Below are positions 39,900 to 49,757 of a stretch of DNA of 64,000 bases, piece after piece. This DNA is from Elusimicrobiota bacterium (lineage in GTDB: Bacteria > Elusimicrobiota > Elusimicrobia > UBA1565). The stretch is taken from assembly GCA_043827405.1 (NCBI GenBank), contig JBDRPD010000087.1:32001-96000 (forward strand). The letters run 5' to 3'. Position 1 is the first letter of the stretch, and the number at the start of each line of letters is the position of its first letter. Under the pieces are notes generated by a model, which worked only from the letters and a program-made list of their open reading frames with translations, was not told the DNA's origin and did no database searches. A program made the translations under genes and the position numbers.

Positions 39900-40772
39900 A
39901 TGAACAGAACAGCTTTCCCGGTTTTTATCGCCGTGATCTTCGCCCTTGGCTGCAGCATGACCGCCGAGGAAATGAAGAAGGGCATCCATGCCGCCGGCGA
40001 CGCCAAGCTGGTCGCCAAAATACTCAAGCAGGACAAGGAGTACGCAACCGACATTTCCGACGACAAGAACAAGACTCCGCTGCACACGGCGACGACCCCG
40101 GAAGTCGCGCAGCTGCTCATCGATCACGGCGCCGACGTCAACGCCATGGACGCCGAGCTCAATACCCCCCTGCATCTAGCCAAGACCGCGGCCATGGTCA
40201 ACCTCCTGCTTGATAAGGGCGCCGACATCAACGCGTCCAACGTCAACCTCGCCAAACCGATTGAGACCGCCGCCAACCCCGAGGTCATCAAGGCCCTGGT
40301 CGGCCGCGGCGCCAAGCTCAACGTCGACCCAAAGGCGGTTTTTCGGGCGGCCGGCGGAGGCCAGGCGGCGCTGCTCGACATCCTGCTGGCCAACGGCGGC
40401 GACGCCAATGCCCGGACCGGAAGCGGCAAATACGGCGACACCCTGCTCCACGTCGCGGCCAAGAACGACCGCCCCGAGGTCATAAAGATTCTGCTCAAGC
40501 ACGGCGCCGACGTCGATGCCCGGGCGAGCTACGACGCCACGCCGCTGCATCACGCGGCGATGAACGGCAAGGTGGACGCGGCGCGCGCGCTGCTCGACGG
40601 CGGGGCGAACATCAACGCGGAACTCAGCGGGAACGTGGCGGTGCAGAGGTTTGATCCCAACCGCATAAAGGGCTTCATGCGGCCGGATCAGGACGCCGGC
40701 GGCGGCACGCCGCTGAAGATCGCGGCCGATCCCGGCATGCGCGGCCTGCTCAAAGAGCGCGGCGGGCGCTAG
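39900..40772 (+). CDS. Ankyrin-repeat lipoprotein
   Basis: ALGC lipobox; repeated TPLH..A..L...GADVN units. Confidence 0.9.
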   Translation: MNRTAFPVFIAVIFALGCSMTAEEMKKGIHAAGDAKLVAKILKQDKEYATDISDDKNKTPLHTATTPEVAQLLIDHGADVNAMDAELNTPLHLAKTAAMVNLLLDKGADINASNVNLAKPIETAANPEVIKALVGRGAKLNVDPKAVFRAAGGGQAALLDILLANGGDANARTGSGKYGDTLLHVAAKNDRPEVIKILLKHGADVDARASYDATPLHHAAMNGKVDAARALLDGGANINAELSGNVAVQRFDPNRIKGFMRPDQDAGGGTPLKIAADPGMRGLLKERGGR

Positions 40773-40780
40773 CCGCCGAC

Positions 40781-42259
40781 CTAGTACGCCTCGTCTATCT
40801 TCTCCACCACGGTGCGGATGACCTTGATGCGGGCCCCGCGCTTGTCGTTGCCTTCGACCAGCGTCCAGGGCGCGCAGTCGGTGCTGGTCTTCTCGATCAT
40901 ATCGCAGGCCGCCGCCTCATAGGCGTCCCACTTCTTGCGGTTGCGCCAGTCCTCCTCGGTCAGCTTGTACTGCTTATAGGGCTTGAGGTTGCGGTCCTTA
41001 AAGCGCTGGAGCTGCTCCTGCGGCGTGATGGCGATCCAGAACTTGAGGAGGATGATCCCGAAGTCGGTGAGCTGTTCCTCGAAAGCGTTGATCTCGCCGT
41101 AAGCGCGCGTCCATTCATCGGGGGAGCAGAAGCCCTCCAGACGCTCGACGAGCACGCGCCCGTACCAGGAGCGGTCGTAGACCGCCATCCGCCCGGTGCG
41201 CGGCAGGTCGCGCCAAAAACGCCACAGGTAGGGGTGCGCGCGTTCGATCTCGTCCGGCGCCGAAGTCGATATAACGCGGTAGAGCCGCGCATCCATGGCC
41301 CGCGTCATGCGCCGGATCGAGCCGCCCTTGCCGGCCGCATCCGGCCCCTCAAAAAGCAGCAGCACCGACTTCTTGCGGCCGCGCAGGCGCCGCGTCAGGT
41401 CCGCGAGCCGGCCCTGCCACCGGGGAAGCTCCTTGTCGTAATCCTCCCGGCTCAGCGCTTTCGTGAAATCGAGGCGGCGCAGGATATTGACCGGCTTGGG
41501 CCTGGGGACCGTCGGTTTGGCGTCAGGCTGCAGCTTATTGGATTTCAACTTATTGTTGATCGCCTTGATCAGCGCCTTGGCGGCGGTCAAAGCGGTATGC
41601 CGGCGGTCCGCCGCCTCGACGATCTGCCACGGGACCGCGGCCGTGCCGGTCTTGCGCAGCGTCTGCTCCGATACTTCACGGAAACGGTCGTAGCGCTTGA
41701 GGAAGCGCCAGTCCTTGGCGGTAACGCGCCAGCGCGTTTCAGGATCCTTCTCGAGCTTATTGAAGCGCCGCCGCTGATCCTTCTTGGATAGATGCAGCCA
41801 CAGCTTGACCACCAGGACTTTCTCATCGGCCAGCAGCGTCTCGAAATCCTTGATGTGCCCCAGTTCCTTATAGAAGGAAGCCTTCTTCTTGCGGTGAAAG
41901 ACGCGGTCCACTATCAGGTCGCTGTACCAGGATCCCAGAAAAACCGCCATTTTCCCCTTGGGCGGGAGCATCCGCCAGTAGCGCCAGAAGCGCGGCCGCT
42001 CCTTTTCCTCATCCGAGGGCTCCCACGGCGCGTGGACCTCAACGCCGCGCGCGTCCATCCACTCGACAAGAAGGTTGACAAGCTGGGTCTTGCCGGCGCC
42101 TTCCACTCCGGAGACCAGGAGCGCCACCGAGAAGTCCGCCTTGGAGAGCTGCTTTTGCGCCTCCAGCAGGGCCAGGCGCAGCTTGGGGACCTCCTTGTCG
42201 AAGGTCTCCTTGTCGGTCTTTATTCCAAGCTCGGCGATTTCGAACATGATGCCCCCCAT
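40781..42259 (-). CDS. pap: Polyphosphate:AMP phosphotransferase (two-domain PPK2)
   Basis: Two PPK2 domains (GVEGAGK..GSWY and EGPDAAGKGG..DRSWYGRVLVER); start may be 42247. Confidence 0.93.
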   Translation of the reverse strand: MGGIMFEIAELGIKTDKETFDKEVPKLRLALLEAQKQLSKADFSVALLVSGVEGAGKTQLVNLLVEWMDARGVEVHAPWEPSDEEKERPRFWRYWRMLPPKGKMAVFLGSWYSDLIVDRVFHRKKKASFYKELGHIKDFETLLADEKVLVVKLWLHLSKKDQRRRFNKLEKDPETRWRVTAKDWRFLKRYDRFREVSEQTLRKTGTAAVPWQIVEAADRRHTALTAAKALIKAINNKLKSNKLQPDAKPTVPRPKPVNILRRLDFTKALSREDYDKELPRWQGRLADLTRRLRGRKKSVLLLFEGPDAAGKGGSIRRMTRAMDARLYRVISTSAPDEIERAHPYLWRFWRDLPRTGRMAVYDRSWYGRVLVERLEGFCSPDEWTRAYGEINAFEEQLTDFGIILLKFWIAITPQEQLQRFKDRNLKPYKQYKLTEEDWRNRKKWDAYEAAACDMIEKTSTDCAPWTLVEGNDKRGARIKVIRTVVEKIDEAY

Positions 42260-42304
42260 ATAGAAAGCATACTCCGCGCGGCGCGATCAAGCGGACGAGG
42301 GGCC

Positions 42305-42973
42305 TTAGTAGCAGCCGTCTATGCCGCGAAACGACCTGAGCAGGATGTTCCCCGCCGGGACGGTCCGCACGAGCTCGAGCTCGAGGTGGTACTTGTTGCC
42401 TGCCGGGTCTTCGGTATCGCCCTTGATGACGACCTGATACAGCGTCTCCGCGGGTCCCGGAACGGCCGCCTGCCGACTAACGACCAGGAGCTCGTCGTAG
42501 TAGAGGTTAGGACAATGCTTACGGACCTGGGCATGCACGGCGATCTGCAGCGGCGGCGGGATCACGGAGTCGTCGAAGAACTCGATGATGCCGGTCAGCT
42601 CCGCGCTCTGGGCACTGAAGCCGCCGGAGCCATCCGCGGGAACGATCATCTGCGGGCAGGCGCGCAGGTCGCCGCGCGGGGCGCCGGGCGGCAGCGCGTG
42701 CCGGTATGTGCCGCCGTAGCGGCAGGCGTAGAGGCAGACGCCGTCATCCACGCTCCGCAGGTAGCAGGCCCGGCGAACGAGGTCCCCGTTCATCACCAGC
42801 GGCGCGAACGCCGGGGAGGCGGCCTTCATCTCCGCCACGATCTTTTTGATGCTGAAGTCCTGCTGGTCGAAATCTAAAGCCGGCTGACCGGCCCTGGCGG
42901 CGGTTCCGTTCGCGGCCAGACCGAAGGCCGCGCCGAGAACTACGGTCTTTACTACGTGCGCTACTCTGCTCAT
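42305..42973 (-). CDS. Secreted cysteine-containing hypothetical protein
   Basis: GGAGG RBS, signal peptide MSRVAHVVKTVVLGAAFGLAA; TATAAT at 43032-43037 upstream. Confidence 0.6.
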   Translation of the reverse strand: MSRVAHVVKTVVLGAAFGLAANGTAARAGQPALDFDQQDFSIKKIVAEMKAASPAFAPLVMNGDLVRRACYLRSVDDGVCLYACRYGGTYRHALPPGAPRGDLRACPQMIVPADGSGGFSAQSAELTGIIEFFDDSVIPPPLQIAVHAQVRKHCPNLYYDELLVVSRQAAVPGPAETLYQVVIKGDTEDPAGNKYHLELELVRTVPAGNILLRSFRGIDGCY

Positions 42974-43403
42974 TCCACCTCCGTTCGCTGCGCTCCCCCG
43001 GGCTCTGCGGCTGCCCGAAGGTTGCAGGAACATTATAGGCGCATCACCCCATCAACATCATGAGCCGTTGGGCCCAGAGCGATCTTGACGCCTGCGCGCG
43101 AACGAGCCTCTTCCCCCTACTACAGCAACCCCAGGATAAAAACGTAAACGCTCACCAGGATGAGATGAACGACGGCGAACGGCAGCGCCTTTTTTTCGAC
43201 CAAATCAGTAACCAGCAGGACCTTGGGGAAATGGACTTCCTGATATTCATAGGGCTCCCGCATGGCGCGCTTGAAGACAGATTCGAATACATCTAATTTT
43301 GCCATTATCATATTAATTAACTTTTTTATGGCTTTTTCCAAATCATCCCATTGGCTGTTTTGTTGCAATTTGATTAGCCGACACCTGACTCCTCGCATCG
43401 CTA

Positions 43404-44276
43404 ATGACTACACAGGCATTTATCACCGCAACCTCTTTTATGGTAGGCCTTGGCGCGACGCTGGCGATCGTGCTGGCCCTGGCCAATAAGCGGCTCCATG
43501 TTGAGGAAGACCCGCGCATCGACGAAGTGGAAGAGAAGCTTCCCGGCAATAACTGCGGCGCCTGTGGACTGCCGGGCTGCCGGGCCTTCGCCGAAAAAGC
43601 CGTGGCCGGCGAGGTAAACCCCGCCAAGTGCACGGTGAGCCCACCGGAAGAGATCGATGCCATCGCCGCCCTGCTCGGCGTCGAGGCCGAGGCCGAAGAA
43701 AAACGCGTCGCGCGGCTGGCCTGCGCCGGCGGCGACAACGTCGCACGTCAGCGCGTGCACTACCAGGGCATGGCATCCTGCCAGGCCGCCGCGCTGGCCA
43801 CCGGCGGCGGCAAGGGCTGCGTCTGGGGCTGTCTCGGCTTCGGCGACTGCGGCGACGTCTGCACCTTCGAAGCCATCAAGATGGACGCCAACGGCCTGCC
43901 CATCGTCGACCCCGATAAGTGCACGGCCTGCGGCGACTGCGTCGAAATCTGTCCCAAATCCCTGTTTTCCCTGCAGCCGGTGAGCCGCAAGCTCTGGGTC
44001 GCCTGCATGAACGGGGCCGCGGGCGACGCCGCCGAGAACGAATGCGCCGTCGCCTGCACCGCCTGCGGCCTATGCGCCGCCGACGCGGCCGAAGGCCTTA
44101 TCACAATGCGCAACAACCTCCCTTTTATCGATTACCGCAAAAACGAACAGGCTTCGGACGACGCCATCGAGCGCTGCCCCACGGGCGCGATCGTATGGCT
44201 GGAAAGCCGGACTCGCCGCGTGAAAGGCGCCAGCGCCAAGCGGATCGTCCGCGAGACCCCTCTGCCGGTCGGATAG
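43404..44276 (+). CDS. rnfB: Rnf complex subunit B
   Basis: N-terminal TM, EDPRI..LPGNNCGACGLPGC, multiple ferredoxin CxxCxxC motifs. Confidence 0.93.
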   Translation: MTTQAFITATSFMVGLGATLAIVLALANKRLHVEEDPRIDEVEEKLPGNNCGACGLPGCRAFAEKAVAGEVNPAKCTVSPPEEIDAIAALLGVEAEAEEKRVARLACAGGDNVARQRVHYQGMASCQAAALATGGGKGCVWGCLGFGDCGDVCTFEAIKMDANGLPIVDPDKCTACGDCVEICPKSLFSLQPVSRKLWVACMNGAAGDAAENECAVACTACGLCAADAAEGLITMRNNLPFIDYRKNEQASDDAIERCPTGAIVWLESRTRRVKGASAKRIVRETPLPVG

Positions 44277-44280
44277 AACC

Positions 44281-47200
44281 ATGATGAGCTTTTTTCGCCG
44301 CAAAGAAACCCAGCGTGCCCCCTTCCCGGGAATACGCACGGCGCAGTCGGGCCGCGCCGCGGCCATAGTATGGACCAAAGACGGCGCCCCATCGGTCGCA
44401 CGCTTGGCCGGAATCGCGATGACCGGCGCGCGCGCCAGCGCCTGGATCGACGGCGAGACGCTCCTCGCCGAATTCGGCATGCTGCGCGAAGCGGCCGCGC
44501 GCCACATCCCCTTCGTGCTCCACCTGGAGCGCGGCGCGGCCTCCTCCGGCGGCCTGTCCGATTTCCCCGCTTTCGACGACGCGGGCTGCTTTCTCATGCA
44601 CGCCCGCAGCGCCCAGGAAGCCGCCGACTTCTCGCTTATCGCGCACCGGATCGCGGAGCGCGCCCTCGTTCCCGGCGTGGTAATCCAGGACGCGCCGCTG
44701 ACCACCCAGACCACGGCCTCCATCCTGCGGCCGGAAGACGATCTGGTCAAAGAGTACCTCGGCTCGGCGGACGACCTGGTGGCGGCGCCCACAGGGGCGC
44801 AGAAGATTCTATTCGGCGGCCGCCGGCGGCGGATTCCCGAGCTGTGGTCCGTGGACCGCCCGCTGGTCGCCCCGTCCTCGTACGGCGAGGACTCTCTTGG
44901 TGAGAGCCGGGTCGGCGGGCGCCTGTTCTTCCTCGACCACGTAGCCGGAATCGCCGACGAGGCGATGCGGCGCTTCGAGGAGCTTACCGGCCGCGGCTAC
45001 GACCGCGCGGCGGCGGTGCTCAACGGCGACGCCGAATATACGATCCTCTGCACGGGAGCCGAGACCGGCACCGCGGAGGCCGCCGCCGCCGACTTCAGCC
45101 GCAAGCGCTGCGGCATGGGCCTGGTCAGCCTGTCGATGCTGCGGCCGTTTCCGGCCGAAGACCTGCGGCGCCTGCTGGCGGGACGCAAGGGCATCCTGGT
45201 GTTGGAGAACCGCGACGCCGCCCTGGCCGAGGACCCGCCGCTGACCCGCGAAACGCGCGCGGCGCTCGGCGCCTCCTGCCCGCCGCTCTACACCGCCGTC
45301 CATGGGCTCGGCGGCAGCGCGCTCCGTCCCGGCGAGCTGTACCCGGCGCTGGAGAACATCCTCGCCCAAGGCAGCCGCCGGCGCAGCGTCTACCTGTCGC
45401 TTTCCCAGCCCGCACCGCGGTCGCCCAAGCAGGAGATCGAACAGCAGGCGGTGCTCGACGCCTATCCCGAAGCCGCCGAGCGCATGCCCGCCCCGGCGCC
45501 CGCCGCCGACCTGCTGCCGGCGGGCGCGTTCACGATCCGTTTATTGGGCGCCGCCCCCGCGCTGCGCGACGCCGCCGGCGAGCGCCTCGGCGCGCTGCTC
45601 GCGGAGCTTTTCGAGCACCGCCTGCGGGCGCACGCCGAGCCGGAAAGCGGCTCCTACCGGATCACGGTGGCGCACGAGGAAATCCGCACCGCCGCCGCTC
45701 CCGCCGCGGCCGACATCGCGATCATTCTCGACCCCGCGCTGCTGCGCGGCGGCGCGCTCGACGGCGTGCGCAAAAGCGGCTGCGTCATCCTGCAGAGCGT
45801 CGCCGACAAGCCCGAGCATGTCCGCGACGCCCTCCCCCCGCGAGCCCTGCGCACCGCCCGCGACCGGATGCTGCGGCTGTTCGCCGCCGACATCCGCGCG
45901 CTGTCGAGCATGCAGAATCCCGAAGAACTGGCCTACGTACTCCTGGGCTGCGCGACGGCGGCGATGAACTCCCTCGTTTACGCCGCCCCCCCCGAAGCGC
46001 GCCTAAAAGAGACCTTGCGCCAGCCGCTCGTCAAGCGCGGCCACAACGCGCTTATCGAGCTCGGCGAGATCCCCGGCGCCGCATCCGCCCCGGAAACCGG
46101 GAAGGAGCCGGAGCTTCCGCTGCGCCTAAATACGCACCCCTGCGCCGACGTCCCGGTCGCGGACATCCACCGCTTCTATGCGCAAACCGGACATCGTTAC
46201 GCCGCCGACAGCGGCGGCAACCCCGTGGACCCCTTCCTCGCTTCGGGCCATGCTCCCGCCGCGACCGGCATCCTGCGCAGCCACAGCGCCGAGCGCGACA
46301 GCTACCCGCGTCTCAACCCGGAGAAGTGCAGCGGCTGCGGCGACTGCTGGCTCGCCTGCCCGGACGCCGCTCTGCCGGCGCGCGTCAACGACTTCTCCGA
46401 GATCTGCGAGTGCGCGATCAGCCAGCTGGAAACGGAAGGCCACAAGATTGAGCACCTGCCGACGACCCTGCGCCAGGTCCAAGCCGAGTACGAGGCGCTG
46501 GCAGGAGACCTGCCGGCCGGCCGCTCGTTCCAGGAGCTGCTGCGCCGCGCGATCGAACGAACGGCAACGGCGTCCCGGCTCGCCGGCGGCGCGCGCGCGG
46601 AATTCGAAGCCGAGCTCGCCCTCTTCCAGGACAAGCTCAAGAATTTCCCGGCCGCGATGACCGAGCCTTTTTACGCCCAAGGCGGCGGCGGGCTGCTGTC
46701 GATCGCCGTCGACGCCGATGCCTGCCGCGGCTGCCTGAGCTGCGTCGCGGTATGCCGGGAAAACGCGCTCGTCCCCGCCAAGCAGACGCCGGCGGCGGAC
46801 ATGGAGCTGCGCCGCAGCTTCGCTTTTGCCCAGTCGCTGCCGGGCACCGACACGCGGCACATCCTCAGCGTCGATACGGAAGGGGACGCCAAGGGAGCGG
46901 CGACGCTGCTCCTTGATGCCCGAGCCCACGGCGCGACCGTCGGCGGCGGCGGCGGCGAAGCAGGCGCGGGCGAGCGCACGGCGCTGCGGCTCTTCGCGGC
47001 GGCGACGACCGCCACGCTCCGGCAGCGTCTCAACCGGAAGGCGGCCGTGCTCAAAGGGCTTATCGAAAGACTTGAGAACCACATTCGCCTGGGGCTGTCG
47101 GTCGATATCCAGGACCCCTCCGCCCTCGCCGACATCCTGAAGGACCCGGAAGGCGGGGCCGTCACGCTGGCGGAAATATCCGCGCGGCTCGACCGCGAAA

Positions 47201-48414
47201 ACAAGCCGCTCGATAAAGAGTGGCTCAAGCGGGTCACCGGCGCGCTCGCGGAGCTCAAATCCTGGCGCGCGCGCATCATAACCGGCGGGACCGCGCGCGC
47301 GGATTTCGGCGCCGTGCTCGTCGGCGCGGGACAGCTCGCCCGCTACCCCTACAACCCCTTCGCTTTCCCCTGCGCCCGGGTCGACAAGAACGGCGGCGTC
47401 GACCTCGCGCTCGGGCTGTTCACGGGACATATGCGCAAGATGGCCGCGGGGATCAAGGCCTGCCGCATCGCCGAGCTTGAGCTCGACGGAAAATACAAGC
47501 CGAAGATCCATGACGAGGTATTCCGGCGCTTCGACTGGCGCTCCTTCAGCGATGACGAGCGGCGCCTGTGCCCGCCCGTCGCCGTATTCGGCGCGGCGCG
47601 CGACCTTTTCGGGCCGGCCTTCCAAAGCCTCAGCGCCGCGCTGTCCTCCGGGTGCCCGATTAAAATAATCGCCTTCGCCGCTGCGGGGGACCTGCCGGAG
47701 AACGCGCTGATCGCGGCGGCGCACCCCGAAATCTACGTCCTGCAAAGCGGCATTGCCGATCCCGTGCATCTTATTAACGGCTTCATCGCCGGCATCTCCT
47801 CGCGGCGCCCCGCGCTCTTTCAGGTCTTTGCCGGCGGCGCCGGGGACACCGCCGCCCGCCAGGCGCGCGGGGCGCGGGACGCGCGCGCCCTGCCCTATCT
47901 GCGCTACGATCCCGAGCAGGGAGCGGGCGACGATGAGCGTCTGGATCTCTCCGGCAATCCCGAACTTGAGGCCGACTGGACCACCCGCAAGCTGCACCAC
48001 ATCGACGAAGAAGGCCGTCCGGCCACCCTGGACATACCTTATACGTTCGCCGACTACGCCGCGACCGAGCCGGCCTTCCGCGACGAGTTCGTCGAGGTTC
48101 CGCCGCGCTCCTGGGGCTCCGACATGGTCCCGGTCGCCGACTATCTCGAAATGGACGCCGACGAGCGCGCCGAAGCGGTCGCCTTTGTCTGGGCGGTGGA
48201 CTGGTCCGGCACACTCAAACGTCTCAAGGTCTCCGCCGCCATACTGCGGACCTGCGAGCGCCGGCTGGTTTTCTGGCGGGGACTCAAACGCCGCAAGCGC
48301 CTGGATATCGCGACCGTCGACGAAAACGTCATCGCGGAGAAGGCCCGCGGCGAGATGGTGGAAAAATTGACGCAGTCCCTCATGGAACTGGCGCAGAGCG
48401 GTAGGAGCGGATGA
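44281..48414 (+). CDS. Degenerate pyruvate:ferredoxin oxidoreductase-like protein with two 4Fe-4S motifs
   Basis: PFOR-like segments (QEAADFSLIAHRIAE, CSGCGDCWLACP, CRGCLSCVAVC, YPYNPF, DLSGNP) with catalytic motifs missing. Confidence 0.75.
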   Translation: MMSFFRRKETQRAPFPGIRTAQSGRAAAIVWTKDGAPSVARLAGIAMTGARASAWIDGETLLAEFGMLREAAARHIPFVLHLERGAASSGGLSDFPAFDDAGCFLMHARSAQEAADFSLIAHRIAERALVPGVVIQDAPLTTQTTASILRPEDDLVKEYLGSADDLVAAPTGAQKILFGGRRRRIPELWSVDRPLVAPSSYGEDSLGESRVGGRLFFLDHVAGIADEAMRRFEELTGRGYDRAAAVLNGDAEYTILCTGAETGTAEAAAADFSRKRCGMGLVSLSMLRPFPAEDLRRLLAGRKGILVLENRDAALAEDPPLTRETRAALGASCPPLYTAVHGLGGSALRPGELYPALENILAQGSRRRSVYLSLSQPAPRSPKQEIEQQAVLDAYPEAAERMPAPAPAADLLPAGAFTIRLLGAAPALRDAAGERLGALLAELFEHRLRAHAEPESGSYRITVAHEEIRTAAAPAAADIAIILDPALLRGGALDGVRKSGCVILQSVADKPEHVRDALPPRALRTARDRMLRLFAADIRALSSMQNPEELAYVLLGCATAAMNSLVYAAPPEARLKETLRQPLVKRGHNALIELGEIPGAASAPETGKEPELPLRLNTHPCADVPVADIHRFYAQTGHRYAADSGGNPVDPFLASGHAPAATGILRSHSAERDSYPRLNPEKCSGCGDCWLACPDAALPARVNDFSEICECAISQLETEGHKIEHLPTTLRQVQAEYEALAGDLPAGRSFQELLRRAIERTATASRLAGGARAEFEAELALFQDKLKNFPAAMTEPFYAQGGGGLLSIAVDADACRGCLSCVAVCRENALVPAKQTPAADMELRRSFAFAQSLPGTDTRHILSVDTEGDAKGAATLLLDARAHGATVGGGGGEAGAGERTALRLFAAATTATLRQRLNRKAAVLKGLIERLENHIRLGLSVDIQDPSALADILKDPEGGAVTLAEISARLDRENKPLDKEWLKRVTGALAELKSWRARIITGGTARADFGAVLVGAGQLARYPYNPFAFPCARVDKNGGVDLALGLFTGHMRKMAAGIKACRIAELELDGKYKPKIHDEVFRRFDWRSFSDDERRLCPPVAVFGAARDLFGPAFQSLSAALSSGCPIKIIAFAAAGDLPENALIAAAHPEIYVLQSGIADPVHLINGFIAGISSRRPALFQVFAGGAGDTAARQARGARDARALPYLRYDPEQGAGDDERLDLSGNPELEADWTTRKLHHIDEEGRPATLDIPYTFADYAATEPAFRDEFVEVPPRSWGSDMVPVADYLEMDADERAEAVAFVWAVDWSGTLKRLKVSAAILRTCERRLVFWRGLKRRKRLDIATVDENVIAEKARGEMVEKLTQSLMELAQSGRSG

Positions 48415-49757
48415 GCCTGCCGACCTTTCCGCACGGCATCCATCCCCCGGAGGCCAAGGAGATTTCAAACTCCAAGCCCATCCGGCGCTTCCCCTTCGCC
48501 CCCTACCTGGTCATTTTCCTGTCCCAGCATACGGGCAAGCCCGCCCGCGCCCTGGTCCGCGCCGGGCAGGAGGTGCGCCGCGGCGACAAAATCGCGGAGG
48601 CCGACGGCTTCGTCTCCGTCCCGCATTACGCGCCCGCGACCGGCAGGATCAAGGCCGTAACCCAGGCGATGAATTTCGACGGCAAAATGGCGGATGCCAT
48701 CATCCTCATCCCCCATCCCGGCTCGCCGCAGGAGCTCGCGCCGAGCAAGCAGATCGACGTCACGCGGCTCACGCCAGCGCAGATCGTCGCCGGCATCCAG
48801 AACATGGGCATGGTGGGCCTCGGCGGGGCGGCTTTTCCGACGCATGTAAAGCTCACCCCCCCCAAGGGCCGCAAGATCGACACCCTAATCATCAACGGCT
48901 GCGAATGCGAGCCCTACCTGACCAGCGACCACCGCGTCATGCTTGAGCGCTCGGCTGAGATTATCCTCGGCGCGCGGCTGCTGGCGAAAGCCCTGATGGT
49001 CAAGCGCACCATTATCGCCGTCGAGTCGAACAAGCCGGACGCCATTGAGGTCCTCCGGCGCGCCGCGGCCGGAGCGGAGAAGATCGAGGTCGCCGCGCTG
49101 GAAACCAAGTACCCGCAGGGCGCGGAGAAGATGCTGACCAAGGCGCTGCTGGACCGCGAAATTCCCTCCGGCGGACTGCCGGCCGACATCGGGACCATGG
49201 TCTCCAACGTGGCCACCGCCGCCGAGATCGGCGAGCTCCTGCCCGCCGGCCGCGGCCTCTTTGAGCGGGTCGTAACGATCAGCGGCGAGGGGATAGAGCG
49301 GCCCGGCAACTACATCATTCCCATCGGCACGCCGCTCGACTTCATCCTCGACACCGTCGGCTTCCGGGGCCGGGCCAAACAGGTCCTCTTCGGCGGGCCG
49401 ATGATGGGCAAGGCCGTGGTGTTCCTGGAGACGCCGACGATCAAGGGGCTGACCGGCATCGTGGTCCTCGCCAAAGAGGAGCTTGCCGAGAAGAAACAGA
49501 TTTACTCCTGCATCCGCTGCGCGGCCTGCGTCAACGCCTGCCCCATGCACCTCAATCCCACGCGCCTGGGCCTCCTGGCGCGGGTACACGCCTTTGACAA
49601 GATGAAGGATGAGTTCCATCTCCTCGACTGCTTCGAATGCGGCTGCTGCGCCTATGTCTGCCCATCCAATATCCCGCTGGTGCAGCACTTCCGGCTCGCC
49701 AAGGGCATCCTGCGCAAGCGCCAACTGGCGGCGGCCGCGAACGGAGCCGCCAAATGA
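48411..49757 (+). CDS. rnfC: Rnf complex subunit C
   Basis: GIHP, GLGGAAFPTHVK, ECEPYLTSD, YPQGAEK, GGPMMG, CIRCAAC and CFECGCC motifs. Confidence 0.96.
   Translation: MSLPTFPHGIHPPEAKEISNSKPIRRFPFAPYLVIFLSQHTGKPARALVRAGQEVRRGDKIAEADGFVSVPHYAPATGRIKAVTQAMNFDGKMADAIILIPHPGSPQELAPSKQIDVTRLTPAQIVAGIQNMGMVGLGGAAFPTHVKLTPPKGRKIDTLIINGCECEPYLTSDHRVMLERSAEIILGARLLAKALMVKRTIIAVESNKPDAIEVLRRAAAGAEKIEVAALETKYPQGAEKMLTKALLDREIPSGGLPADIGTMVSNVATAAEIGELLPAGRGLFERVVTISGEGIERPGNYIIPIGTPLDFILDTVGFRGRAKQVLFGGPMMGKAVVFLETPTIKGLTGIVVLAKEELAEKKQIYSCIRCAACVNACPMHLNPTRLGLLARVHAFDKMKDEFHLLDCFECGCCAYVCPSNIPLVQHFRLAKGILRKRQLAAAANGAAK

Noticed and set aside
39900..40772. Repeated DNA units in the ankyrin gene
   Set aside because: Protein-level ankyrin repeats, not a CRISPR array or DGR template
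32517..48468. Long antisense ORFs (for example 32517-34046, 36595-38265, 46126-48468)
   Set aside because: Shadow frames of well-supported genes, expected from high-GC codon bias; no motifs
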